From Camelus ferus (lineage: Eukaryota): 64,000 bases of DNA. Within the stretch, counting starts at the first letter, position 1. Each line of letters opens with the position of its first letter. The stretch lies in NCBI RefSeq assembly GCF_009834535.1, contig NC_045696.1, forward strand, positions 34,722,001-34,786,000, written 5' to 3'. A program made the translations under genes and the position numbers. Below are positions 39,958 to 53,157 of this stretch, in pieces. The notes beneath the pieces are model-generated. The model did not search any database. It was given only the letters and a program-made list of their open reading frames with translations, and was not told the origin of the DNA.

Positions 39958-40559
39958 TGTGTTAGGCAGCCTCTAAAGTGACCCCCAGTGATCTCAGCCT
40001 CTTGGTAGTCACAATCTTGCGTAGCCACCTTCCCCAAGGGTTTGCTGGACTTAGTGATTCATTTCTAATGAATATAATATGGCAAAAGTAGTGGGATGCC
40101 ATTCTGAGATTAGGTTACAAGGAAGACTATGATTTCTGTCTTGTTTGGACTCTCTCCTGCTCTTCAGGAGACTTACTCTGGAAAAAACAATCTGCCATGT
40201 TGTGAGCTGCACTATGGAGAGGACCATGTGGCCAGGGAACTGACATCTCTGACCAACAGCCAGTGATGAGCCGGGGCATGCCAACAGCCATCTGAGTGAA
40301 CCTGGAAGTGCACCTTCTGAGACTTCCCATATAGACTGAACTTGAAAGTGGATCCTTCCTCAGTTGAGTCTTGAGTTGACCATAGCCCTTGCCAATACTT
40401 TTGACTGACTGCAGCCTTGTAAGACACCTTGAGTCAAGGGCACCCAGCGAAGCTGTGCATGAATTCCTAACCCACGGAAACTTTGAGATAATGAATGTTT
40501 ATTGTTTTGAACTGCTAAGTTTTGGGGGTAATTAGAAACAGCAATAGGTAACTAATACA
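39958..40559 (+). mobile_element. MaLR solo LTR (MLT1E/MLT1F-like)
   Basis: tgtgttaggcagcctctaa...gcaataggtaactaataca; near-TSD cttgc/cttga; inserted into an L2 3' end. Confidence 0.8.
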
Positions 40560-40648
40560 CTTGATCTCATTGTTTATTCTCAAATGTATATATATTTCTC
40601 CTTAGAGAAAACACTTTAAGAAATAGTAGATATAACAACTAATGTGAA

Positions 40649-41276
40649 CAGTATGGCAGTTCCTCAAAAAATTAAGCATAGAATTACCATGTGACCCAAC
40701 AGTTTCCTTCTGGATCTATACCCAAAAAATTGAAAACAGAGACTCAAACAGATATGTGTACACCTATCTTCATAGCAGCATTATTCACAATAACCAAAAG
40801 GTAGAAACCACAAAAGTTCCCACTGACAGATGAGTGAACAAACAAATTGGGATGTATACATACAATGGATTATTATTCAGCCTTAAAAAGGAAGAAAATT
40901 TTGCCATATGCTATAATATAGATGAAACTTGAAGACATTATGCTAAGTGAAATAATCATACAAATACTGTATAATGCTATTTACATGAGATTCTGAAAGT
41001 AGTCAAATTCATAGAGGCAGAAAGTAGAGGGCTGGGAGGGAGGAGAGAATGGGGAGTCATTGTTTAATAGGTATGGAGTTTCAGTTTGAGAAGATGAAAA
41101 GAACTCTGGAGGTGGATTGTAGGGATGATTGCACAACAATGCTAATGTATTTAATGTCACTGAACTGTACACTTGAAAATAATTAAAGTGGTGAATTTTG
41201 TGTTATGTATGTTTTTTAACACAGTAAAAAAACAAAGCAAGAACAAACAAAAAGAAATGGAAAAAGATGGAAAAAG
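40649..41276 (+). mobile_element. L1MB-like 3' end
   Basis: aacagtatggcagttcctcaaaaaattaa...cactgaactgtacactt plus an A-rich tail; actaatgt(g/a)aa flanks both sides. Confidence 0.85.
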
Positions 41277-41834
41277 ACTAATGTAAAGGAAAACCATCAT
41301 TTCAAGCCCGCACTTTCCCTAAGCTCAGACAACTGAGGATGACTGTTGGAGTCAATTTCAAAGTGAGTGTGTTACAAGGGTTCTCAAAGTGGAATGTGCA
41401 TGATCTTGGTGGTGATGGGAGACACTGACCATGCTTTCCACCATCAAGAAGGGTGAGAGTTGCTTGAATGCACAAGAAAATGATGAAGTAACATTCAATA
41501 GAACAAGATAGTAAATATCTAGAAAGCACAGGTAACAGAGCTTCCAAGCCAGTGTGGACATTGTGGAGATCAGATGGGCAAGTTAATAGAGAGCTATGGA
41601 GTGTGTTGTCTGGGAAACGTGCCTATGCCTTGATGGTCACTAATGCAGTGGGGCAGTTGAAGCTCAGAGGTTATTCAAACTGTTTAAATTCCCCTGGACC
41701 ACACTCTCAAGGAACTTATAAGAGTGGGGTGTTCAGGGCTAGGCTGTCATGGCACTTCACATAAAACTGAATCTGTTGTATCACAAAGCCAGTAGACACA
41801 AAATGGGTGGTAAGGATATGAAGCCAGAGAAAGG

Positions 41835-41836
<2 letters not shown>

Positions 41837-41914
<78 letters not shown>
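41837..41914. repeat. Perfect (GA)39 microsatellite
   Basis: Seen directly. Confidence 0.95.
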
Positions 41915-41927
<13 letters not shown>

Positions 41928-42841
41928 CAGTCAGAGCACATGTGGTTCCATATGTATCTGAGTATAGTATAAGGCCTTTGCTTTTACCTGCAGGTAAGAT
42001 TTAGAAGGCAAAGGTAACCAGCAGGGTATCAGGCTGTCAGATAGAAAACCTCTTCCTTGTCCTTCTCCTCCCTGGGGACTGCCTGGTCAGAACACACAAT
42101 AGGCAAGCTCAGGGATAGTATGTACCTCTCTAAGTCTAAGAATGAAAGTCTTCAAGTCTTGGTACCACTTTCTCTGATTCTAAGCTTTTTGGTTTCTTAA
42201 ACATCTGAATAAAGGGTGAAAATGACAATAAAATTGAAAGGTTATATCATGATATATTTCTGTGGGTCTTTTGGGCTGGGTGATGTCTCAGTGGTAAATT
42301 CAGAGCTATGTGGTGACTGAGTGTAGGAAGAGCCTTTAAGCAGAGTGCTCACTGACAGAGTGGGGCTCAGGGGCACTTGCAAACAGTGTTACACTATTCT
42401 GAAGGGACAGGAAGAGAGCTAGGTGGGAGATTACAGTGGAGATCAGAATAAAGGGCAAAGGAAACATTTCACCCTCTCTACCAATGACCTACCTCTTTTT
42501 ATCGTTTGTACTTCACACTTGAGTGTTATTTGTATTGCCAGTACTGACATTTTGATAATTAATAAATGTTTGATTTAGACCATATCAGTAGACTTGTGAA
42601 GTGAGGTGGATCATAAATTTGTTCTTCATCCATTTATACTGTTAGGTGTTTACAAGACACTGCAAGTGATCACAAGGACACACAGATGATTAAAAGTAAA
42701 GCATTTTTCCTTCTACAGCTTGAAATAAAATGGGAGGAAATAAATATTTGCCTTGTAATGTGATCAGTAGGATACAAAGGTGTGGAAAGGCAGAGAAGTG
42801 CTTGTGGGGTGAGGGAAGCCTTGCTGGAAAAGGTAGGTGTT

Positions 42842-43258
42842 TGCTAAAGAACAAAATTCAACTGAGTACATTTTAAACATATTGTTAGTTTTCTTCAGAA
42901 ATTCATGAAGTGGACAGCATCCATTCTAGCAAACAGAATGGAGGTCTGAAGAGCTGTCCATGGTGAGAGATTTTTACAGAACAAAGTGAGCAGGAAGCAG
43001 GAAGTTACACTGGGCAATTGCTGATTGGTTAAAGCAGGGTTCCTTTCCTTATACAGAGCAAAGGGAAATATTGGAGACTAGTTAGGTAACGCAGACTGAG
43101 CAGGCAAATGCTGATTGGTTGACTTAGGTCTTCCTTTTCTGGGATTGCTGAGCATGGAACTTAATTAAATTTTTTTCTTTTTTTTTCTTGCTGACAAACC
43201 TCATTGTGAGGTTTAGCATGAGTGACTCCATCTTGGTCCTGACCTGGTTACTTTAACA
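42842..43258 (-). mobile_element. Solo ERV1-type LTR inside an L2 fragment
   Basis: Two gctgattggtt (CCAAT) repeats; catgagtgactccatcttg...tttaaca end. Confidence 0.7.
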
Positions 43259-46200
43259 TACGAAACAGTCTTGAATAGGTTCTAGCTCATGGAGAAGCCG
43301 GGGGATGTGAGAGAGCATGAAGCAAGCAGGCATATATTTTAACACTTCTCTAGCCCTGGATATGGATGGGAGAGGATCTTGAGATATGTCAAGAGAGGCA
43401 GGTAGACACCAGACCCTGCTGGGCCCCGTGTGCCTGGCCGTGTATCCTTGCAGACAATGGAGGCTCTAGTGATGGGAGTGAGCTAATCAGATTTATATTT
43501 TTTGTTGACTACTATAAAGAAGAATTGTTCAACTATAAGTGGTAATAATTCCATGAATTATATGGACCTCCTCCCTCCACTTTCTCCTTCTCTACCTTCA
43601 TACTTTTTAAGGTCAGCTGTGATTACTCAGATGTAGATAGTTTTCACTGCACCTCACTCCCTGTCCACCCTTCCACCCACCTGGGAAGATGTAGAGGATT
43701 ATGATTAAATTAGAGGTAAAAAGGATACATAAAATAGCTGATTTATTTGTAAAAAGTTATTTAATAATAATAGGATTTTTTAAAAAATTGATCTTTGGAG
43801 ACAAAAATGATCTTCAGGGTTCCTATATTTTCAAACCAGAAGGAAGTAGAAAATGCATTTTTTCTTTCTTTTCTTCAATTTTAAGTTCTCCATCTTTTCT
43901 TCTATTATCTTCTTTCCTCCTCCTGAATATCTTACACATTATTATTTTTGTTTTCAACTATTTTTGAAATGTTATCAAATTAATGGTGATAGTGTGAAAG
44001 TTTTATTTATGGAACGGGTAACCACAAAAAGGTTTAATATTTCATAGATACTGGGAAAAATTACATTTGTCTCCTTAGATTACTTAAGTGTATCTTTAGA
44101 CAAGCCAGTTTGGTTCCATTAATTGCATGCTAGTTATTGAATTATTGTAAAAACAAGATATTTGTATTATAAAATGGAACATAAAATACAGCAATTTCCC
44201 TACCATGAAAATTCCCTACTATTAAAAGTAACATAATCACCAAGGTAAAAGTAGCTTGAAATTTTATAATATGAAGATTTATTTCAGGATGAGCCTGAGA
44301 AAGATTAGTTACAGCTGAATATTTTGAATTATTTGATAGAATTTGTTCTTCTTAGTTTGGAATTGATTCCCAGGAATAGTGTGGGTGGAAAATCAGTTTG
44401 AAGAGAATATTCCAAAAATCTTTCCCAAGATCCAGGGAAGAAATATATTGCAAAATCCAGTAGCAATAGTAAAGCAACAAAGAAAACCGAAATAACAAAA
44501 CTAAAATCCTAGGCATATCTGAATTAGTTTCAGGCTGAAGACGAAGTCTTTGTTTTTCAAGAGCATATATCTTCCTTGCTGGAAACTGTGATTTAGGCAG
44601 AACTACTGCTTTCCGTGCACTTCTATTTTTCATTTATTAGGTAATGGGCTTGGGGATAAGTTCTACATGCTAGTCACTATACACAGGTGCCCTTATAGAG
44701 CTAAAAGTTGAATGGAGGACACAGACCAGAAGAACTAGAAATGAGAACTGAGAAGTTTCCACTGGATACAGCAACGAGGAAGTAGAATTGGTCGGAACTG
44801 CTTCTTTAGAGTGTTTATCATTGTGTGGTTTGAAGAAAGATGGGTGGAGAGATTTTGGAGACCAACTGTAGACATTTTCATCAAGTTTGGGTCTGAAGGT
44901 TGAAGAGGGAGGGGAAATGAAGGTTTATAAGTAGACGGAAGACTTCTGTGTTTCAAGATTTAAGAGAGTTAAGCTTGTTCAAATGCTAACCAGAGGGAAT
45001 CAGAGGAGAGAAGGTTGAAGATGCTGGAGAGAGAGTCACAATATATAACTTGTGTTTGTGAATAAACAATAAAACTCATGGGTTAGTAAGGCTAGAGGTT
45101 ATACATCACTTCTGAAGTAGAGAACAGATTGAGTATCCTTTGGGATTCTATTTTTAAGCAAGACTACTTGAGTTAGATGGTAGGCCTTTCCTACCACACC
45201 CCTCCTTACTTTTCTACCCAGATTTCTATAATGTGAAAGTTGGGGAGGTAAAAATCACTGGAAAAAGGGCCATTTTTTGCCATAGACTCTACCACCCTCT
45301 GTTTCCCCTGTAAAGTCTATCATGACTGGACCTAAAATAATTACTTAAAAAAACAGAAGCAACATATCTGGATTAGGGGAGTATGATTTTCTGAAGACCC
45401 TTCATGTATTTCAAATGATTTCAGTGGGGGAAAAAAAGTGAAATTATGCCCTTTTGGAATGATAACATTTCAGGATGTGAATCTATAGTTTTCCTCTTGT
45501 ATTCTGTTTTCCTATTCCTTTTGTCCATTTAAGGAAGTATTTATCTATTGTGGACATCAAACCAGGCATGAGGAGGTTGGAAAGGAGATGACTAGCCTGT
45601 CAGGGCTTCACTTTCTAAAAGCCTAAGTCTTTAAAAGGATTTGGAGGGATGACGGAGGAGTTAAAAGGGGATTCATGGATACAGACATGACTTGAACACT
45701 TACTGGAGACTGGTGTTCCTTCCAGACTGGGAAGATTTCTCCATGCTTTAGAAGTTCAGGGAAGATGCTGAGGAGGAAACCTCTGGGTCTTGAAATTAAA
45801 AATCACCATTCCCTTATCTCACAGCACTGCAGGTGAGACTGCAAGATCTAAGGGTAGAATGACTCACTGGGGGCTTGGCAGGTGGGATCACGGGCAGCTT
45901 CAACAAAATGCCCCGTGTGACCGCTGAGCTTGGCTTAGAAGCAGCAGAGCCACGAGGGCTGGCTAGGTCATGCAGCAGGAGCAAAGGGTAGCTCGGCAGA
46001 AATTTGTGATGACTGAAGTCCAAAGATGCCCACAGAGCCTCAAATGCCTTAGTACTGGTTTATTTCAAAGTCGTTAGAAGAATTCTGCTTGGCATGATCT
46101 TACTGTTCAGAAGAGACATCTGTTCTCAATCTGGTGAAGTTTGCAGGACAAGAAGGACAAGCCCCACAGAGAGACATAAAGAAATAAAGAATCAAAACCT

Positions 46201-47441
46201 TAGAGGTGCGACTCTTCCCCAAACTGTAACCACCATATTCATACTGAAGTTTTCACTTTGGACTCACTTTTAAATATAGACTTATGATTCACTAGCATAG
46301 AGAGTAACTTACACTCTAGGTATATGACCAAATTTCTGGGTTCCTGCTCCTGAACAAATAAGTCATATAGTTTCTTTAAAAGAATGTTAAAATTGGGAAT
46401 GTATATATATAGTAACCTTCAGTAAAAAAGGAATCAGCATTAAATTACCATTTATTTCAGTTGTAAGGTAAAAGAACCCAGTGTACAATAAATGTTTTAT
46501 GTACAGTCACATCATTCTCACAGCAATCATATGAAAAAAAAGATGCTCAAAAATTAAGTAATTTTCTGAGATTAAGCAACTAGCAGGCTGCAGAGTTGGT
46601 TTTTGAATGCAAGTTTTTCTTCTTATCTCTACTTCTTTGTCTTCCTCTTTTGCCCTTCTTTCCACTAGTGTTTCTGTTTTCTTTCCAGAGTTGTGACATT
46701 TATTTTTGATAAATATACATAATTTCTAGATTCAAGCTAGTATCTTTTGTCTCAAAACTATAAACTTTGTACAAATATTCCAATAGTATTGCTTTTTATA
46801 CAACAAATTTAGGAAGCCTTTCTGCATTTGCCTCCAAAATCAGTTTATGAGCCATTGAGTAAAAAGTTGTATTTCATGTCTTGTCATATCATTCTTGTCT
46901 AAAATTGACACTGGGTTGGTCACTGACAATTATTATGTAGTTTGGTACTGGACAACTGGTGAATAACTTAAAAAAATTCTTATTAGATAAAAGATATGAT
47001 ATCCACATTGACTTTAGAAAAAAATGTGTTATGAGTTCTTGAGGCAATTAAAAAAAGGCTTATAGTATGAGCTCATAGCATTTTAGGACTGAAATAGATC
47101 TTTGCTCAACTTTCTTACTCAGCTCTAAGTTACTTTTAAGTGGCTTAATTGTGGTTTAAAGATAACACAGATTATCACATTAGAAACACAAAGTTGTTCA
47201 AGAAAATGTTCACCAGAAAGATTCGTTTTCTGTCTTTACACATTCTTAAGACATTTAATTCCAAGAAGGAAATTTAATGTCTACCACTAGAGCTAATGAA
47301 ACAGAGAAGACAGATTTCTACTTAATCCCCTGAACCAAAGGAAGCTAATTTTTAAGGCTTCATATAACAATGAAGATTAAGAATTTCATGAAATCCAGGT
47401 GGATAAACAATATCTATATTATATCCTTAAAATTGTATATG

Positions 47442-47616
47442 TTTCTTAAATGTGTTTTAATTTCACTTTAGAATACTCTGGATTTTAATCATTATTCATT
47501 ACTATTATTTTTATGATGCAAAAATATTTCATGTATTATGTTTCCCTATAGCTGAGTTAAATACTTGCTTGTACTCTTTAATAACTTTATAATGGATAGT
47601 CACTTCTAAAATTTTG
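47442..47616 (+). repeat. Local direct duplication, copy 1
   Basis: Aligns end to end with 49350-49522. Confidence 0.9.
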
Positions 47617-48181
47617 AGAGTTGTTCATAGTGGAATTTCAATTTTTTTGCAATAGGACTTTTTACTGAAATTATATTAGGAAAAAAATCTCCACATTATG
47701 CAGTTGTCTTGTTTATTAACGGGAAAGTAAATAGCATGTACTTTTATTTAGAGAAGCCAACTAAGTAATTTTTAAATGATCATTGTAATATTTTTATATC
47801 TGTAGTATTCATGTAATATTAATAGTTGCTTAACAGATTACATATGGTCTAAGATCAGCATTTTAGAAAAGATGTTTGTAAAGGGCTTTTAAACATCTTC
47901 AATTCATTTTCTGGAGCATGTAATCATTAAAACTAATGAATCCGCATGTAAAAATGTATGCTGTTGTGGGAGTAGCAATATCAATTTGCTGGGTAGAACA
48001 CATTATAACCCAAAACTGTTTGTGGTCTCCAAAACAGCCAAAAGTGTACAGAAATGTAAATATACTTCTCCATAAAAATAGACTAATTCAAATGTTTAGA
48101 CCATCAAAATCCCTATTAGAATTTGGAATGAGATAAAATATTTTCAAATATCCTTATAATATTTACTATTGCTTGGAATTT

Positions 48182-48250
<69 letters not shown>
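48182..48250. repeat. (TA)n(CA)n(TA)n microsatellite
   Basis: Seen directly. Confidence 0.95.
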
Positions 48251-48251
<1 letters not shown>

Positions 48252-48859
48252 CACATACATGTATATAAAATACTCTGTTAAATAGTATATCTAATTTATC
48301 TAATGAAGGAAATATTCTTCAATAAGCCCTTTATATAGCCCTTGACACAACATGTGATTTTTTTAGCTTTTAATACATTTTCACCCAAATGTGCCAACTT
48401 TCTGAGGTAATGTTATTTTAAAAATATATTGATTATAATGTTATTTGAGTATATTGCAGCTTTCTGAAGTCAGAAAATGTGTCTTATTCATGCTAGTGTT
48501 TTCAGAATATAGAAAAATTCCTAGGACTTGGCCTGTTTATTCACTCTATTGAATGAATGGATAAATAAGTTTTTATTATAAAGCATCTTTAGGATATCTA
48601 CATCTTCTTTTATATATTATATTTTTATTCTTCAATGGAAGCATATCTTTTGATTTTCCTAACGTAGCTCCAACCATTTAAAAATATATTAACCCTATGC
48701 TATACATCAGAAATTAACACATTATAAATCAACTATATTTCAATTTAAAAAGCCAAAAAAAATTAACTGAGATAAATCAACTAGTTATTTCCCAAGAACC
48801 CATATGTAGATGAAATACAAGTGACAGTATCTAAAAATTTTGTTTACTTGAGGAGATAC

Positions 48860-49815
48860 CGAATTAGTAAAGATACACTTGGCTAAATTATGAAGCCTTT
48901 GAAACTGAGGTATGGAATTTAAGCTTAGTGAGGTAGGAAATAAAATCCATGTTAGGCCTTAATCAAGGGTTTAAGTATGATAAACTCAGGATTTAGAATA
49001 AATAAGCCTCACTACATTATAAGAAATCCTAAAAGAATGGTAATGTTGAAGATGGGGAGATCAGTTGAGAGGTAATTGCTGTAATTCAGGTATGTTCTGA
49101 GTGGTGGAAATGTGACTAGAGAGAGATAAAATAGAAGATATTTGGCAGGAAATGTTGATAAGAAGGGATACAGGCCAAGGATAAGTTGAACTAGAAATTT
49201 CAGCTTTGTATTACTTACAAAAGTACTTTGAACAATTAAATCATGAGGGAAAATTTGATTACTGATGACTGATTTTAGGCTCATTAAATTTGAAATGACA
49301 GTAGGGAGTCAAAAACTTCCACATGGAAATATATGTATATACATACACATTTCTTAAATGTATTTTAATTTCACTTTAGAATACTCTGAATTTTAATCAT
49401 TTTCATTGCTATTATTTTTATGATGGAAAAATGTTGCATGTATTATGTTTCCCTATAGCTGAATTAAATGTCTACTTGTACTGTTTAATAGCTTTATAAT
49501 GGACAGTCACTTTAAAATTTTGTGTGTGTATATATATATATATAAGTATATATTATATATATATAAATTTTTTTCAGTATAATCAGTAATGATTAATAGT
49601 TGAAATTAAACTAAGAGAACATGCTGTGGGATTATGTAGAGACAGAAGAACAGAGTTACATGGAATCCTATAAATTGAAAATGAGAATAGGAGAAGGAGC
49701 TACCTGAGAATAAATAAAGGAAGGTCAAAGAAGACAGAAGAGAACCTGATTGAAACGGGAGATGCAGAGGGTAGAGAGAATTTCAAGGAAGGAGATACAA
49801 CTGTGATGTGCAGAA
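48860..49815 (-). mobile_element. L2 fragment interrupted by the duplicated segment
   Basis: L2-like motifs (gggagatcagttgagaggtaattgctgtaattcagg; gagaatttcaaggaagg) on both sides of 49330-49570. Confidence 0.6.
49350..49522 (+). repeat. Local direct duplication, copy 2
   Basis: Aligns end to end with 47442-47616. Confidence 0.9.
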
Positions 49816-50992
49816 GCCTATTTCTATGAGCTCAGGAGACAGATTGTTAAATTTTCAGTAATTTGGTGAGTCAATTTTTAAACACAGCCATTAAAAAAAT
49901 TAAATTACATAAACTACATCAATAAAATATGTTAAAAAGAAAGTTAATAAATACAACTCATGACTTTCTAATTATTTTAATACCTGTTGCTGTTATTCAT
50001 ACTCTTTACTTATATATATTCTATCTGTAATATACTAGATGTGCTATAGAGTGGTTTCTATCCTCCTGTTCATCTCTTCCTAACTCAGCATGCAGTAATG
50101 TCACATTGGTAGCTTGAAATCAGCAGTATGGAAGTCTTTACCCGTAAAAATGGCAAGTACTAAAATTTGGGTCAGATTTAGAGTTCTGTTTATTATCTAG
50201 GCAAAGGGTTGTCAAACTACATCTTTTGGCCCAAATCTAGCCCATTGCTTGCTTTTGTACAGAATTGTACTATTTGTACATAGTTGTAATGTTGGAAATA
50301 GTTCAAGTTTTATTGGAACACAGACACACCTACTTTTTTATACACTGTCTATGGCCCCTTTTGTATTATAATGGCAAAGAGGAGTAATTATAGCAGAGAC
50401 TATATGGGCCTTATAGTCTAAAATATTTACTATTTGACTCTTTATAGAGAAAGTTTTTCTACTTCTGGTCTACACATAAGAAAGTAATGGAAAACAACAT
50501 ATGAATGATGCAGATTAAACTTAAAATATGTTGTGCATACAGATGTTACATTGTGAGGACCACAAGAATTTGAGAAAATATTCTTCCAGTGTTTGAAAGC
50601 TATTAGTCTGGCTAAGGAAAAAGTTTCTCGCACTGTTAACAAATGTGTGAAGTGCTGACATGTGTGTCTGTTTTGTCATTTTTATTGTACTCAAAACATA
50701 AACAAAAATGTCAACCAACATCCACATTGGAATTACACTCATTTTTGAGTTTCAAATATAGATTGCCTATGGATACAAGAGTTTGGCAAAAATTATCAAA
50801 AGCATTCTGTGAGAATGAATTGGCTATATGGGAGTTTTCAATAAAGAATAGTGTATATTTTATTATTATTTGTAAATTATATGCTGTACATCATTTATGT
50901 CAGTAAAATTTATAAAAAACTCATGGACATATATACATACATTCCTTTTCATTCAGAGAGCAGGTTGTTTGACATGTACCAGCATAGCATTC
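49815..50992. mobile_element. MER63-like hAT-Blackjack DNA transposon remnant
   Basis: gattgttaaattttcag... start and ...cagagagcaggttgtttgacatgtaccagca end match recalled MER63 motifs. Confidence 0.65.
50203..50467 (+). mobile_element. MER58-like hAT-Charlie MITE nested in the MER63-like element
   Basis: ggcccaaatctagccc...ttttattggaacacag...aaaatatttactat; degenerate 8-bp TSD atctaggc/gtctacac (NTCTAGAN type). Confidence 0.75.
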
Positions 50993-51144
50993 TACAGTTT
51001 TGGAAGCGATAGAGTCTTGGAAGAAGATTAAAAAAAAAAAATCATTACATTTAAGAAGTAGTAGTATATTTGTCATTCAAAAAACCATGAGTCACTTAAA
51101 AAATTCTCTGAGCAATTAACTGCATATTTTATTTCTTTTGTCTG

Positions 51145-51490
51145 TTACTCATTTAACAAACATTTAATTGATTACCTGCTCTGTACTAAGCATCACGCTG
51201 AATGATGGATATACTTGGACGAACTAAGTAAAGCCACAGCTTGTTTCGTGGAGTTTATAATCTATGGCGTAGGAAGCAGATGATAAAGGAATAAATACAT
51301 AAACAATCATATAATTTACAAAATTATATAAACAGGCTTTAGAGTTAATGAATAATAGAAATGACCTGGAAGTGACCTTCTTGAGCAGAGCATCCAGGAA
51401 GTCTCTCTCCTATTTCAGCTGAGGCAGAACCTGGGCTGGGGAGATTGTGCCCAGGGAAGGGAAAAGTCTATACAAATATCCTGAGAATTT
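51145..51490 (-). mobile_element. L2 3' fragment
   Basis: tcatttaacaaacatttaattgattacctgctctgtactaagc. Confidence 0.6.
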
Positions 51491-52653
51491 AACTTAAAAA
51501 AAAATTTTACTCACTTGCAATAAAAAGGTAATCACTTTCAATTGCTTCATTAATTACACAAGAAACTAAATTTTAAATAATATTACTCAGGATATAGGCA
51601 GTTACTTTCCTCTAAAAACCTCAAAGTTAATCATGTGTGGAAGTTAATTTCCCAAGTTTCTTTTTAAAGCTAGTGTGGAATTCTCTGTATGTTTACATAT
51701 GACCTTCATTAAGGCAAAGAATTTCTTCATTTAGATTCTGGCTTTATTTGATGCTAATATGTTAAGTCAGGTTGTTTCTCAATACTTTATGTCAAAGGAG
51801 GATAATTCTTTTTCTTTCTTCGCTTTGTGTTCCTGAATCTCTAAACCATACTTAGGCTCAGCCAGGAAGGCTTGCACACTTTTATCTAATTTGATATTTT
51901 CTCAATTCATCAGACCTCAGAGCTAATATATGTTCTTTAGTTTCAAGAAAATACTGGGTAAGTTCAACATTACTATGGAAACCTATCTTGTGATAAAAGA
52001 TTAACTGCATTTTCTCATCTTTTATTCTTTTTGCTACATGATTATTTTTTAACAAAAGGCTAACTCAGGTATAATAAGGTCTTCTAGTGATAAAGATTAG
52101 AGCTAATATTTGTGACTATTTTGAAGTGTTGACTGAAATATCCTCCAGACCTTCACTTCCTCCCTTTTCTGCCTGACTTCCTTCCCCCACATTTAAACTT
52201 CTTTGATTTTCTTTTCTTGGACTTTGAGACCCTTCATTCCAGTGCCAGGCATCCAGGCATTAGTCATCAGATGTTATCATTGGAGGATTTGGAGGAAAAA
52301 AGTCAGCAAATCCTTGGCTTTTAAACTCAAGAGCTTTACTTCCTATGCAAGAAGGAAATATTTAGGAAGAATATTTGTTATCCAGTTCCAAATTTCCCCC
52401 ACTCCTGCCATAAGCTCCTTTGAACTGTAGAGGGCAGTAGAAAAGAAGAGAAAGCAATATAAACTTACTTGGGGCTGGGCCCATGCTCTGCTTCTATTGC
52501 CTACCCAGGGTTATTTTAAAACAGAGGGAAGAATACTGATAAAACCCTCAAGCTAAGTTTGGATATCCAAAAGTAGAGGGCGCTAGTTCTGGGATGTCAG
52601 TAGGCTCTACTCTTGAAGATATTTCCCTTATTGATAAAGGTGTGAGTTCTTAC

Positions 52654-52655
<2 letters not shown>

Positions 52656-52689
<34 letters not shown>
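52656..52689. repeat. Poly(T)34 tract
   Basis: Seen directly. Confidence 0.95.
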
Positions 52690-52690
<1 letters not shown>

Positions 52691-53157
52691 TGATATCTAA
52701 GTCTTGATAAAGCTTTAGGGTTTTGGTGACTCCAGAGATGCACAGGAAAATAAGATTTTTTTTCCAACTGCCTTCAAAAAGGGTGCAAAATTGGCTGAAA
52801 GAAAGAATTAGCCACCTAAAGTGACTTCTCTGTTTTGGTTGTTTAATGCCACTGCAGACCATGGACTAATGACTTACTCTCAGAGAAGAGCAATGGGGAT
52901 GGAGGCAGGAGCAGAGACCAGGAGAGGCAGAGGCCATCTCAGCAGATCACAGTTGTATTACAGAGGGCAGCCACAGGCCAGATGTACCCTCTTGGCCTCC
53001 CTCTCCTCCACATAAGTCCCCTGAAAATTAGGTACTGAGTTGAGGAGAAAGAAGAGGAAAGGAAATTTTGAATGAACTATGCTTAAGCCTGAAATGACCA
53101 AGGATAACAGGAAATGACTAAGATTCTGTTTTCTAAAATTAGACAAGACTGGGCTTA

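Noticed and set aside
41749..41961. ER-repeat ORF
   Set aside because: Translation of the (GA)n microsatellite; the same applies to the CV-repeat ORF at 9434-9631
52631..52712. Poly(T) tract as a retroposed poly(A) with TSD ttgataaag
   Set aside because: The 9-mer repeats do not abut the tract and no retroelement body is visible
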